35,140 nucleotides of DNA from the NCBI GenBank assembly GCA_023231475.1, contig JALJEE010002321.1, positions 1 to 35,140 of the forward strand, written 5' to 3'. This document shows positions 1 to 10,470 of this stretch, one piece after another. Under the pieces are notes generated by a model, which saw only the letters and a list, made by a program, of their open reading frames with translations, had not been told where the DNA came from and did not search any database. The stretch is from Seison nebaliae. Lineage: Eukaryota. The position numbers and the translations under genes are program-made. Numbering within the stretch: the stretch's first letter is position 1; every line of letters starts with the position of its first letter.

Positions 1-210
1 AGTAGGAATTTAAAGTAATCGGACACTTTTACGTTTTTATAAAACCGGTCATAACTTCTGTCCTATGAAGTATCTTTCGTAAAGGTGGATATCGCAAAAT
101 AGCCCTATTCAAGCTCTTAAACATAGTGCAAAAAAATTTGAAAAATTTTTAATATTTCATGCATAAACAGGGCATTTACATTAACATTTCTTAACATTCC
201 ATTAACAGGG
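1..210. mobile_element. Probable end or subterminal region of a DNA transposon/MITE (runs off the window)
   Basis: Non-coding. Carries a motif (89-127, ATATC..AAA.AGC.C....GCTCT..AACATAGT) also seen beside the MULE relic at 9461-9497. Ends in three short TTAACA-containing repeats (180-210) followed by AGGG. No partner TIR is visible. Confidence 0.35.
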
Positions 211-468
211 TTGTCGGAAATTATATACAAACCGCGATAAGGTAAGGAAGATTCAACAGTTATACAATGCAGTAATGACTAATGAAGAGGACGAGTCGTA
301 GTGAAGGAAGAAGAAAAGAAATGAAGAACGAACGTATGTAGAAGAAGAAAGCTCTACACATACTCCATTGATCGTCGTATCATCGTCCTCTTCATTAGTC
401 ATTACTGCATTGTATAACTGTTGAATCTTCCTTACCTTATCGCGGTTTGTATATAATTTCCGACAACC
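209..468. repeat. Perfect 86-bp inverted repeat (arms 209-294 and 383-468, 88-bp spacer)
   Basis: 209-294 (GGTTGTCGGAAATT...GAAGAGGACGA) is the exact reverse complement of 383-468, read base by base. The duplicated segment encodes the cytoplasmic tail of the env-like ORF. Confidence 0.97.
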
Positions 469-1449
469 TAGGAACATAGCGAGGAGCACCATCAACAATG
501 TTGACGAAACTACTGATACGATTATCAATAGTCCTCGTCTTTTAGTATGATATTCCAAAGAGCTCCAATGGAACGGTATTGTCTCCACATCCTTGATCTC
601 CGCCGTCTTTATTGGCTTCCTGAATCCGTATGTTTTATCTATTACGTAATTCAGTTGCATGTTCGCATGCCGTTCCAGTATAATCTCGTCTTTCTCGTTC
701 CGTACTATTATAGTGGTATTGGCCGCGATATAGACATTACCTGGCGGTGAGATATGTCGTTTTTTAAACGAATGCGTGGGTGTCTCCGTTTCAATTGTTA
801 ACTTCTCGTTAGTTGATATCATGACATTTAATTCATTATTTCCTATGAATGTTATTCGATCATAGGGTAAACATTCTTTATAACATGGTGTTCCGGTGGC
901 ATTCTTTGGGTCCCGTATCATTCCTTCCGGACAGTTTACGTTATGGATGGGGTGTAGATACTTTCCTGGACATGCTAAGTCATTCACCGTCTCCTTGCAA
1001 TGTTCCTTCTTTATTTCGATGAATTTGGCGTTAGTTGTGTCATAAATTACTTCCTCTGGAAGTTTTACCTTGCAATGGTAGTAGACGTTCTCAAAATAGC
1101 CCAAGTTTGTGATATCATATTCCATTAGGTCTGCCTGTAGAGGGGCTGCAGGAATTATTATTAGCAGAGACAACGTTTTTGTCGTCTGATTTACCTGGAC
1201 TAAATGTGCCCTTGTCATTGCGTAGAAGGTTGCTACGCCCTTGCATGGCAGCATGTTTTGTATATTCCATCGTGCACAAACTTCTGGAATGTGATGAGGA
1301 TGTAACATTGTCGTAGTCAACTGACTTTTTTCCATTAATTCCAACAAGGCATTCATGACGTCCTTCGAATTAATTGCTTCTTGAACTCCGTGCAGTTTTT
1401 TCCCTGTGTCCGAAGTTCTTTCCAGCATCTCCTCCATCACTTGCAACAA
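253..1449 (-). mobile_element. 5'-truncated viral/LTR-retrotransposon envelope (class I fusion, F-like) glycoprotein fragment
   Basis: Long intronless ORF, less AT-rich than its flanks. It has a helical N-terminal part, an LSLLIIIP strand, a spaced Cys-rich ectodomain, N-glycosylation sequons, one C-terminal TM helix (LLIIVSVVSSTLLMVLLAMFLG) and a basic tail. The listed start is TTG and there is no signal peptide. The last ~40 aa are read through the inverted duplication. Family call is by pattern only. Confidence 0.65.
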
Positions 1450-1598
1450 CTTGTCTTTGTCAACAACTTGTCTGCAAGTTACATTCTGTAACTTAACTAG
1501 AACTTTGCATAGTTTGTAGGATCATTACGCGTCGTATAAGTTACTTCCTGTAACTTAACTAGAACTTTGCATACATTGTGAGTTTGTAGGATCATTAC
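1444..1598. repeat. Local direct repeats at the env truncation point
   Basis: CAACAACTTGTCT at 1444-1456 and 1461-1473. A 53/61-bp unit at 1476-1528 and 1538-1598, each copy starting with the hairpin AAGTTAC-N5-GTAACTT. Confidence 0.9.
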
Positions 1599-2251
1599 AT
1601 AAGTATATAATTATAAATGATTATAAATTATTTTATTAACAAGTAAATTTATAAAGCTTGTAAATCAATCAGTATATCTTTGTCGTTCTAAAGCTAAAAA
1701 ATGATATTTTTATATTATTCCGTATTATTATCCTTCTACACATTATTAAAAATCCTTCTAAAGAAATCCTTATGGCCTTCCGTGTCGTAGGCCATTTTGA
1801 GGGACTGTCATGTTTTCCATTGAGTCTCATTTGGTCGCTATCTAAGAATAGTTTAATTTTTTTATTTCCCCAAATTCTAACAATATGAACTTACTTTGCT
1901 ACTCTCATAAATTATTTCACGGATTGTATTTGATTACATAATAATAATAATTATATAATAATCTGACATATATATATATTTCGTAATTAAATTTAAAAAT
2001 CAGAAACACTTATTTTCTTGAATAATATCGAAGGAATAAATAATGTGCATTTTACGTGCATTTAACGTGTAGTTTTAGATAAGAGAAATAAATAAGCGAT
2101 AAGTCAAGCTTACCATCTGATAATTTGAACGTGACGACATCTGAGTTGTTGATCATAGAAGAAGAATTAGAATCGTAATTTTTCATAAAATCTACTAATC
2201 AATAAATTGCCCCTAATTGTACAGAAAGTGCAAATTGATTCAATTGCTCTG

Positions 2252-2700
2252 ATGTTGATTCCCATTACTGGCGCGTGTCTTTACAATTATTTCAAGTCTA
2301 AAAATGAAAAAGAAAAAAGAGAGCGACAAAAGAAACGAGCCAGTAATCGAGTTGTCGTTAATGATGAACCACTACGATATCAGTTGAAGAAGGATCGGAG
2401 ATGCTGGAAGAATTGCAACGGAGTTTATATCAAACAAAATGTCTATTATGGTGAAAACGAATTGAATGAGATGGAGGAGGAAGATGAGGAAGAAGATCTG
2501 ATTTGGGGAATCCAGGAGATCTATATGATGATCGTACTAGTGTTCATCGTTCTCATGTTCCTCTTTGTTTTTTATCATCGTTGCTTATCACCCGTTACGA
2601 ACCATATGTGGAACCATTTCTCCAAATGGTTTCCATTCTTCTTTTCATTTAATTGTTTAAATATCTTTTCCTTATATATTATAGGAGGTCGGAATTGTGA
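2252..2700 (+). CDS. Small orphan single-pass membrane protein (tentative model 2252-2628, 2685-2700)
   Basis: ATG at 2252, then a basic stretch, an acidic stretch and a strong TM segment (IYMMIVLVFIVLMFLFVFY). A T-rich 56-nt GTTTCC...TATAG segment (2629-2684) looks like an intron; splicing gives a ...KWRSEL* end. Unspliced, the frame runs to 2728. No recognisable family. Confidence 0.5.
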
Positions 2701-3420
2701 AAGTCATCAAAACATTAATGTCGAATAATTTGAGTCGTTTTTCATTCGTTTGTATTTCAATCATTCTGTATTTCATTTCATCATTTTATAAAACTAAATA
2801 ATTGATTTGAATAAACTTTATCTTTTCTCATTCACAATCAGTTCTTTCTTTTATGAAAGGATATATAGAATAATTGTATATATATATCAATTGAATTGGA
2901 ATCAATCGAAGAAGGAGATTTTACTATATTTCATTTTTATTTTTTGAAATCTCAATCTGGACAATTGAATATATTTTGATATTAAAAAATTAGTTGTTAT
3001 AAAATTCATGAATTATTTTAGTTAGACATTTAATTGACTTATTATTATTAAATATTATATATTCATTAAATTTATTGAGAATATTAAATGAAGTATCCTT
3101 CTTTTATACTTAGCCAATATTTTAAATCAACTTTCTCCCAATTTCCGATGTACTATATGGAGAAATATATTAATGCTAAAAAAGGAAAATATGTTGGAAA
3201 AAATTTGAAAAAAATGTACGAGTAATAATTGGTATATTACTCAGTTTTTTAATTTGAAAAGAAGCATTTCTTTTTCCCACATCAGTTAGTTATCGATGCT
3301 TTCTTTATTAATGTTATCATCATATTGTTTAGCATTTACTTTAATTGATGATTATTAACGTTAATAATTTCGTTCTTCTTTTTTTCATGATTATCGAATA
3401 GAGTGAAAGATTGAGTGACG

Positions 3421-4374
3421 ATGTCGGGAGATAAATTGTCAAATTATCAGATTGGTAAATATTTAGGAAGTGGACGATTTGGAACAGTTTTTTTAGCGAG
3501 AACGGCATGCAAACCTCATTTCGTTGTAGGATTAAAAGTTTTGGAGAAAGAACAGGTTGCACTTTACAAGATGGAGAGACGAGTGCAGAAAGAGATTGAA
3601 ATAATGTGTCATACAAATAGTCATCCAAATGTTCTCAAATTGTTCTCTTGGTTTTTTGACGAGGAACGATTTTATTTAATCATCGAATATGCTTTCCATG
3701 GAGAGATGTTCAGTTTACTTCAAGATTTAGAACATTTTAATGATGATCGAGCCGCGACTTATATTTACCAGTTTTCAGATGGAATGAATTATCTTCATGA
3801 ACGTGACGTTATTCATCGAGATATCAAACCGGAAAATTTACTTCTTGGATTATTTGGTGAAGTGAAAATTGCAGATTTCGGATGGAGTGCCCATTATACT
3901 GGACGTCCAAGGAAAACGTATTGTGGAACGCCAGAATATCTCGCACCGGAAATCGTCGAATCAACTGGTCATTCGAAAGAAGTAGATTTATGGTGCGCTG
4001 GAATCCTTCTCTTTGAAATGTTGACAGGATATACTCCTTTCCACAACAGCGACAATGAACAACAGAGGAATAGAATTCGTGCTTTAGATTATTCCTTCCC
4101 TGCTCATATGGATCGAGGAGCTAGGAATATCATTCAAAACTTATTACAACTGGAAAAGAAACGAATGAATTGGAGACAAATTATGGAACATGAATGGACA
4201 CACAATTTTAGAAAAGTCGATCCTCCTTATTTCGTTGAACATCCTACCCCAGAGAAAAAATATATGGAAATCGAATATTTTGAAACATTTAAGAAAGATT
4301 ATCGTTCGGATAAAATGAAGGAGAATCAAAAAACTATCAGAATGGGTCCAAGATTAGACGTAATTGAAGAATGA
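3421..4374 (+). CDS. Aurora-family Ser/Thr kinase, divergent, intronless CDS
   Basis: LGSGRFGTV, KEIEI, HPNVLKL, VIHRDIKPENLLLG, KIADFGWS (Aurora signature), CGTPEYLAPE and VDLWCAG. First in-frame ATG is at 3421. Confidence 0.9.
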   Translation: MSGDKLSNYQIGKYLGSGRFGTVFLARTACKPHFVVGLKVLEKEQVALYKMERRVQKEIEIMCHTNSHPNVLKLFSWFFDEERFYLIIEYAFHGEMFSLLQDLEHFNDDRAATYIYQFSDGMNYLHERDVIHRDIKPENLLLGLFGEVKIADFGWSAHYTGRPRKTYCGTPEYLAPEIVESTGHSKEVDLWCAGILLFEMLTGYTPFHNSDNEQQRNRIRALDYSFPAHMDRGARNIIQNLLQLEKKRMNWRQIMEHEWTHNFRKVDPPYFVEHPTPEKKYMEIEYFETFKKDYRSDKMKENQKTIRMGPRLDVIEE

Positions 4375-5277
4375 ATCATCACAACTTCCTATCTCAATTC
4401 TTTTTATCTACAATATTATCCCTATTATTATTCGATTCAAGTGAAAATTAATTTTTATTATTTAGTTCAATTTCAAATAAATTTCATTGTAAATATGAAT
4501 AATAAAATTGACGTTGTTTCATATTTACCTCATTTGTAACCAATTACACTTATTAAACTTATTTTCATTTAAATTTTAATGGAAATTGGTTGAAATAATT
4601 ATTTTATTTTTTTCAAATATTCATCGATTATTAGTTGGATTGAATATAATCATTCCAACATCACCTTGTAGATATCGTTCATTATGATATATGTAATTTA
4701 AATAGTATTTCCTCTAATGAATCTAAACAAGTAAATTTTCTATTTTTCTTCCTAATATCTCTTCATTGGATATTCATCATTGAAAAATTAAATGAAGATA
4801 TCAGCAAATATCAGATATTTGAATAATTTATATTATGAAAAAATTTTATTCGTTTATAACATTCTCAATTCATAAAAGGTCTGAATGAAATAAAAGTCCT
4901 CAAAATTCGAATAAAGGTCTATAACCGAATGAATAACCTTATAATATGGAGTGTTCATAATTATCAAAAAAAGAAGTAGAATAATTTGGTGGATGTTCTC
5001 TATTATTTTACAAGTTGATTGTTAGATAGTTTTAAGAAAAGTTAGGCTCAATTTGATTGTGGTATGAGGAGAGTGTGTAATATTGGTTAAAAGAAATGAC
5101 GAAAAAAATATTTTAATATATTTCTCATTTTAGAAAGAAGCTTAATAGATCAAACAGTTCAATTGGTTGTGTCATTTTTAAAGAGTATGATGAAAGTATT
5201 TGATGGATGATGAATTGATTAAATTTAAATTTCTTTTTTTAAATTGACAGATCTATTCAGTTTATCTTCAACTAATT

Positions 5278-6105
5278 ATGGCGACATTGAGAAGAGTGGT
5301 GAACAGAATGACTGTGTCAGTTGTCAGTGCTGCCTCCGATAATTATATGTATATTGTCCGAACACCGGAAACAGTCGTTGTCATCGATGTGACAGATGGT
5401 GAGAAGATGGTGAAGGAATTGGAGAGTCAGCAAGTGGAACCGATGGCATGTTTGACTACACATCATCATCCTGATCATTGTGAAGGAAATGGTGCGTTGT
5501 TCGCTCGTTTTCCCAAATGTGTCTTCTATGGTGGTGATGAGCGGATAGAAGGCGTGCAGAAAATCATGAAACCGAATGAACATTTACAACTGAAAGATCA
5601 GACATATCTCTCTTTGCATACTCCATGTCACACTCATGGTCATATGTGTTACTATATCGAGGAGAAACGGTACGGTAATCAAACTCCTCAGCGTGCCGTC
5701 TTCACTGGTGACACTTTATTTATGGGCGGATGTGGAAAATTTTTCGAAGGTGATGCAAAACAAATGGTATCTGCAATGCGCATTCTCTCACAATTGCCCA
5801 ATGACACCGAAGTTTTTTGTGGACATGAGTATACGAAAACGAATTTGCTTTTTGCCATTAAATCCGTAGGTATTGACAAAGAGAAAATGGAATCGACATA
5901 CAAAAGAATTTGTCCATTATTGAAAGAGAAGAAACCTTCCATACCATCCACCATTCAATTAGAGAAAGATATTAATGTATTCATGAAATCAGCAACATCT
6001 CCAGATTTTCTTAAACAAATAAATTCTAATTTCTCTTTGCAATTATTAGACGAAGTTGAATTGATGCATTGGCTGCGACAAAGGAAGGACACTTTTACCG
6101 TATAG
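5278..6105 (+). CDS. HAGH: Hydroxyacylglutathione hydrolase (glyoxalase II), intronless CDS
   Basis: DNYMY, THHHPDH metal motif, HTPCHTHGH, FTGDTLFMGGCGKFFEG, VFCGHEYT and PSIPSTIQLEK. Confidence 0.93.
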   Translation: MATLRRVVNRMTVSVVSAASDNYMYIVRTPETVVVIDVTDGEKMVKELESQQVEPMACLTTHHHPDHCEGNGALFARFPKCVFYGGDERIEGVQKIMKPNEHLQLKDQTYLSLHTPCHTHGHMCYYIEEKRYGNQTPQRAVFTGDTLFMGGCGKFFEGDAKQMVSAMRILSQLPNDTEVFCGHEYTKTNLLFAIKSVGIDKEKMESTYKRICPLLKEKKPSIPSTIQLEKDINVFMKSATSPDFLKQINSNFSLQLLDEVELMHWLRQRKDTFTV

Positions 6106-6542
6106 TCTGACATGATCAATATTCATGTTTTACAAATTTTCTAGACAGTTCTTTATCATCAAATTATTTAATATTAAATTATTTAAAAATAAACGATATT
6201 TTTCCAGTTTTCCATTTTAACCCATTTTTCATTTGGATCGATTGAATTATTATTATTAACTATTCAAAATTCTCAACAATATTCCTGAAGAATATTTTAT
6301 CGAAATTTTACTGTTTCAGTTTTAAATTTCCAATTTATAATTTCGAAGAAATATAAAATGGATTTATATCTTTAAAAGAACAAAGAAAGTTGCAATTAAA
6401 GAAAAATATTTCTCTTTTATTCGTGAAATTGTTATCGAAACTTTTTTTTAATTCTCAATCGGTTCATTTGACGAAAATATTCTATCATTTCTTCCAATCA
6501 TCATTTTACTCCTCCAAATCGTTGTCGAAATAAGAACGGAAT

Positions 6543-8258
6543 TTACAGATCATTCTCAATCTTCTCCAATAAATAATCACATTCAATGAATCCTTCTTGT
6601 TCAATTTCGTTAATAAATAATTTGATGTAATGTTTCCGTTCTCTATTGGCGATGAGAAGGAAGCCGATATTGGCAGCAAATGGACAATATCGATCGATAT
6701 GAAGATGCTTCTTCGACCATTTCATTAATTTGGAGAAACATAGAAATGAGAATAATGGTAATATCGTTTCCAAATGACCAAATCGTAGAAAGAGAATTCT
6801 TTTCGATTGATAATCGTATGAACATCTTCGAATGAATCGTTCGATATCTTTCAGTAGTGGACGTCGAGCTCGTCTCAAATGATTGGTCGGGTAGAATTTT
6901 GTATGAAAATTCTAATGGAAACGAATTTTTAAGAATGATCGACAAAGGAAAATAGAAACTTTAAAATCGATGAATTCATTCATAGCCTTCCTTAGTCGTT
7001 GGTCGAATATGTTGAACATGGCAGGCACATCCGACGACTCATTAATGGAGTTGGGGAAATTCATCGAATTGGCTATGTAATACCCAAGGAATTTGAAGAG
7101 AACAAGAATGTCTGATAAATTCAAATGTTTCTTCTCAACCATTTGATTACAATTCTTCCTTTTGATGAAAGTGTGTCCACAATTCATATTGTTGTACATA
7201 TTCCTCCTACTAAATGATTGTTGTATTTCGATGTTTGACTGTCGTCGTATTAGAGTAAAGAACGTGGAATTATCTCTGTCAATTAATCGAATACAGATTG
7301 GATTGATACGTTCCTTATTCTTCTGAAAGCAATGGAAGTCTTCTAGAAACATATTTGTTAATTCTTTAAAATCCACCGGGATCGATCGGGCTGTAAGCTT
7401 AGAAAAAGTTTCATCATTTCCATAAAATTGGATGATGTTCTGATGAAATTCGATTGTGTAAGTGTTGACGATAAATGAATCGTTGGAAGAACTTCTCTGT
7501 CTCCATATGAATTTCTTCGGTTTTTTCCTTCCCGTCGAATATGATCGATGTCGACCTGGTTTTATAGGTAAATTATCATATGATGGTTCATTGTTCATAT
7601 GATTGATGATATCGGTGAACCAAAAATTATTATTCAGTTTCATTAATTCGAATTTATTCAGATATTGCTCGTAGAAGACGGATGAGTAATAATTTGAAAG
7701 ATGGTTCTCTAGCAAAATAGATTTGTTGATTTGGAGATGCTTAATCGAATGAACGAAACATAAAATCGAATCGTCGATATCGATATTGTTGATGTGACAA
7801 TTGATTTGTTGTAAGAAGGCGAGTGCTGATTGCAATGTTCGTTGTCGTGTACTACAAACAATTTCAATGAACTGATTCACACTAAATAAATTGGGTAAAC
7901 GTTTTTGATAACGCTTCGCTATCTCCTTCATATTCTTCTCACCGAAATTAGTCAATTTCCTATTGAGATCATTCTCCTGAAACTTTTCATGAATCATTTG
8001 AACGAACTGATGGATTGGCGTGCCACTGCGGAACTCATTCAGAGGGAATTTCAAATTTAAATCTTTCAAGTCTGAAATATGAGGTTGTCTAGCACCATGT
8101 CGTAGCAAGAGATAAAATCCACGAATCTCATAGCCTTTCGGGATGTTTATCTCTCGTTCTCTCAAAAACAATTCGGTAGAATCGAAAGTATCATCGTAAC
8201 TGGTTTTGGAAGCAAAGAGCCGATTTCGTTCCGTACTGCTATAAGCCTGGTCGCCCAT
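6543..8258 (-). CDS. MINPP1: MINPP1-like histidine acid phosphatase (exons 8258-6960, 6911-6543)
   Basis: FASKTSY, RHGARQP catalytic motif, RQRTLQSA, FGHLET (cf. FGHAET) and PFAANIGFLL. A 48-nt intron at 6959-6912 (GTTTCT...ATTAG) joins the two ORFs in frame. The N-terminus may be incomplete. Confidence 0.82.
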
Positions 8259-9911
8259 CGATGTTATAGTTCTACTATTTCCTGTTTACTTCCAACAAAT
8301 GATCAATTTCCATTTCTTCTAATTAAATTCAGTTCGTAAACGATTCAATTCCATGTCCGTCCAAAAACCTTCCTCTTCATCATACCGATACGAACGTTTT
8401 TTTTCCTAACAGTACACAATTCGAATAAATTATAATCGACATAGACATCATCCAACTACATAGAGCTATATCTACAACTCCTTTTAATAGAAATTTAGTC
8501 AAGAGAAGTTCATTTCAATTCCCTCCAATGCTATTCCACAACTGAAAGAGTTCGATACTTCCATTATGAAACCATCATATTATATTCCCTTTTAATGTAT
8601 TAAGCACAATCTTCGGTTCGACATTAATTGTCTTCCACAGTAACACCCTCACCCAAATACACTAATCAAAAACGAAGCTCCTGATCCAAATTTCTCTTAT
8701 TGTCCTTGTTGTGGAACATGGGATTTTTTTTTGTTTTCATGGATATCGGACACTGCTTTATTCTACATCTTACCTCCATTTCTAACAATTATAATTTCAT
8801 TCTTCTTTATATTTATCAACTCCTTCTGTATTTCACCATTTTTTAGATTTTTCTTTTTCTCATCAAATGGTTTCATCAATTACCAATTTTCTTGTAGCTA
8901 AAACATAGTTTTCTTCCAATCTTTCCTCAAAATTTCAAATTATTTATAACTTTTATATATTTTCAATGTAGAAACTTTCTTTCATAAACAAGTGACATGT
9001 ATAGGTGTCAATTAAATCGATTATTCAGCGATAGAATGCATTTATATAATTTCTTATATAATTTAATTGATCATACTCTTTAAATCATCTATACATACAT
9101 CAAATCACACACGATTTTTGTTAGCATGTGCTTCGTCCTCATATTTCTTCTTTACATCAACTTTTGTGTTAGAAAATATTACGAAGATTTACAGCTAATG
9201 TAGCTTAATCATTAAATAATGAGCATTGATGTAGTTTCATATAATTTATTTCTTAAGTAAGAAAATGCAAACGAAAAAAAGAAGGGAAATAAACAATTGA
9301 AAAATATATGGATTAGTGCACCATTGGCGGTTCGATTAGTGTCATTAAGATTGTAGGACATAAGGCATGTCTCTGTTGTCGAATTTGTCGAATTTTTCTC
9401 AATTTTTTTTTAAACTTCATTTTCTATCAGAAATATTTAACTTACCATTTTAAATTTAATATATCTGGAAAGAGCTCGGAATGCTCTACAACATAGTTAT
9501 TTCCGCTTTTTATTTTATTCTAAAAATCTAATCATAATTAAGAGTTTTTTAGTTAAGCATATTTAAAAAAATCAATTTTTCATAAGACAGTTTGAACCCA
9601 AATACATGGGTCTTATATTAATTCGATTTTCTTGAAAATTTTTTTATAACTTCAGACCATCCTTCTGATTTATTTTTAAAAAAATGAAGTAAATTCTTTC
9701 ATTTTGAAAATTTAGACAAATCCCCTACCAGGCATTTTCCTTATCTTTTGCAAAAACCGACAAACACGATAAAGAGAAAAACGAGAAAATAGAATTTTAT
9801 TGCACAATTTAAGAAAACGAAAATATAAAAAAGTTATTACAAAATCTTTACAGTTTAAACTATTTAAACAAAATTCAATCGCATTCTCTTTCGTATAATT
9901 CTCTAATTTAC

Positions 9912-10470
9912 TCAATGTGGTTTGCGATAATGTTCTCTTGCTGTATAAGTTTGGGCCATTTTGATCTTAACTATTGTAAATTGCTTCTTGATTGATTGTA
10001 TAAAACTGAAAATATCCGGATTGTTTTCTCCAAATGTTGATGCGAATCCGTTATGATTTGCCTCCGATAAGTTGTTGGTGAGGGGTAGATTGGAGATCAT
10101 TCTTTCATAGTTACTCCATAGCTTTATGTTATATCTACTCTGAATATCGGAACCTATGTAAGTTTTACCAAAATATGAGAATGATGGTTTCAATATTTCG
10201 GGAATCATGTATTTCGCGTTTTCGAAAACTTCCAATACATTCTTCCGGAGGTATAAAACTCAAATTTCCCAGAAAATTTACCCACTCTTGTGCTTCATTG
10301 ATGTTCTGTTTATAGCTTACTATTAATCCATTTCTTTGAATAAATTTTATAATATTCTATTTCAAGTGGAAATAACAACCGTGGACCGATGTGTTTTGGA
10401 ATACTTTGGTTGCTGCATTAATTGACGCCATTTCAAAATCAAAGGTAATTGTATGTGGGTTCATTTTCAT
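9912..10470 (-). pseudogene. MULE (Mutator-like) transposase pseudogene, C-terminal half
   Basis: Minus strand reads TFDFEMASINAATKVF...HGCYFHLK* (stop at 10357-10359). After a frameshift near 10240 it reads WSNYER...PLTNNLSEANHNGF...PDIFSFI. These match the DFE, CxFH and RTNNxxE motifs of MULE transposases. 9350-9900 is probably the non-coding end of the element. Confidence 0.88.

Noticed and set aside
1476..1598. CRISPR-like repeat-spacer array
   Set aside because: Only two units, no proper spacer, eukaryotic context and no cas genes.
1772..1795. Small hairpin ATGGCCT-N10-AGGCCAT
   Set aside because: The 7-bp stem has no Helitron CTRR end, terminator context or known RNA motif, and is compatible with chance.
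8290..8870. Additional 5' coding exons of the MINPP1-like gene
   Set aside because: Short open stretches exist, but I could not join them in frame to the main exon with plausible splice sites.
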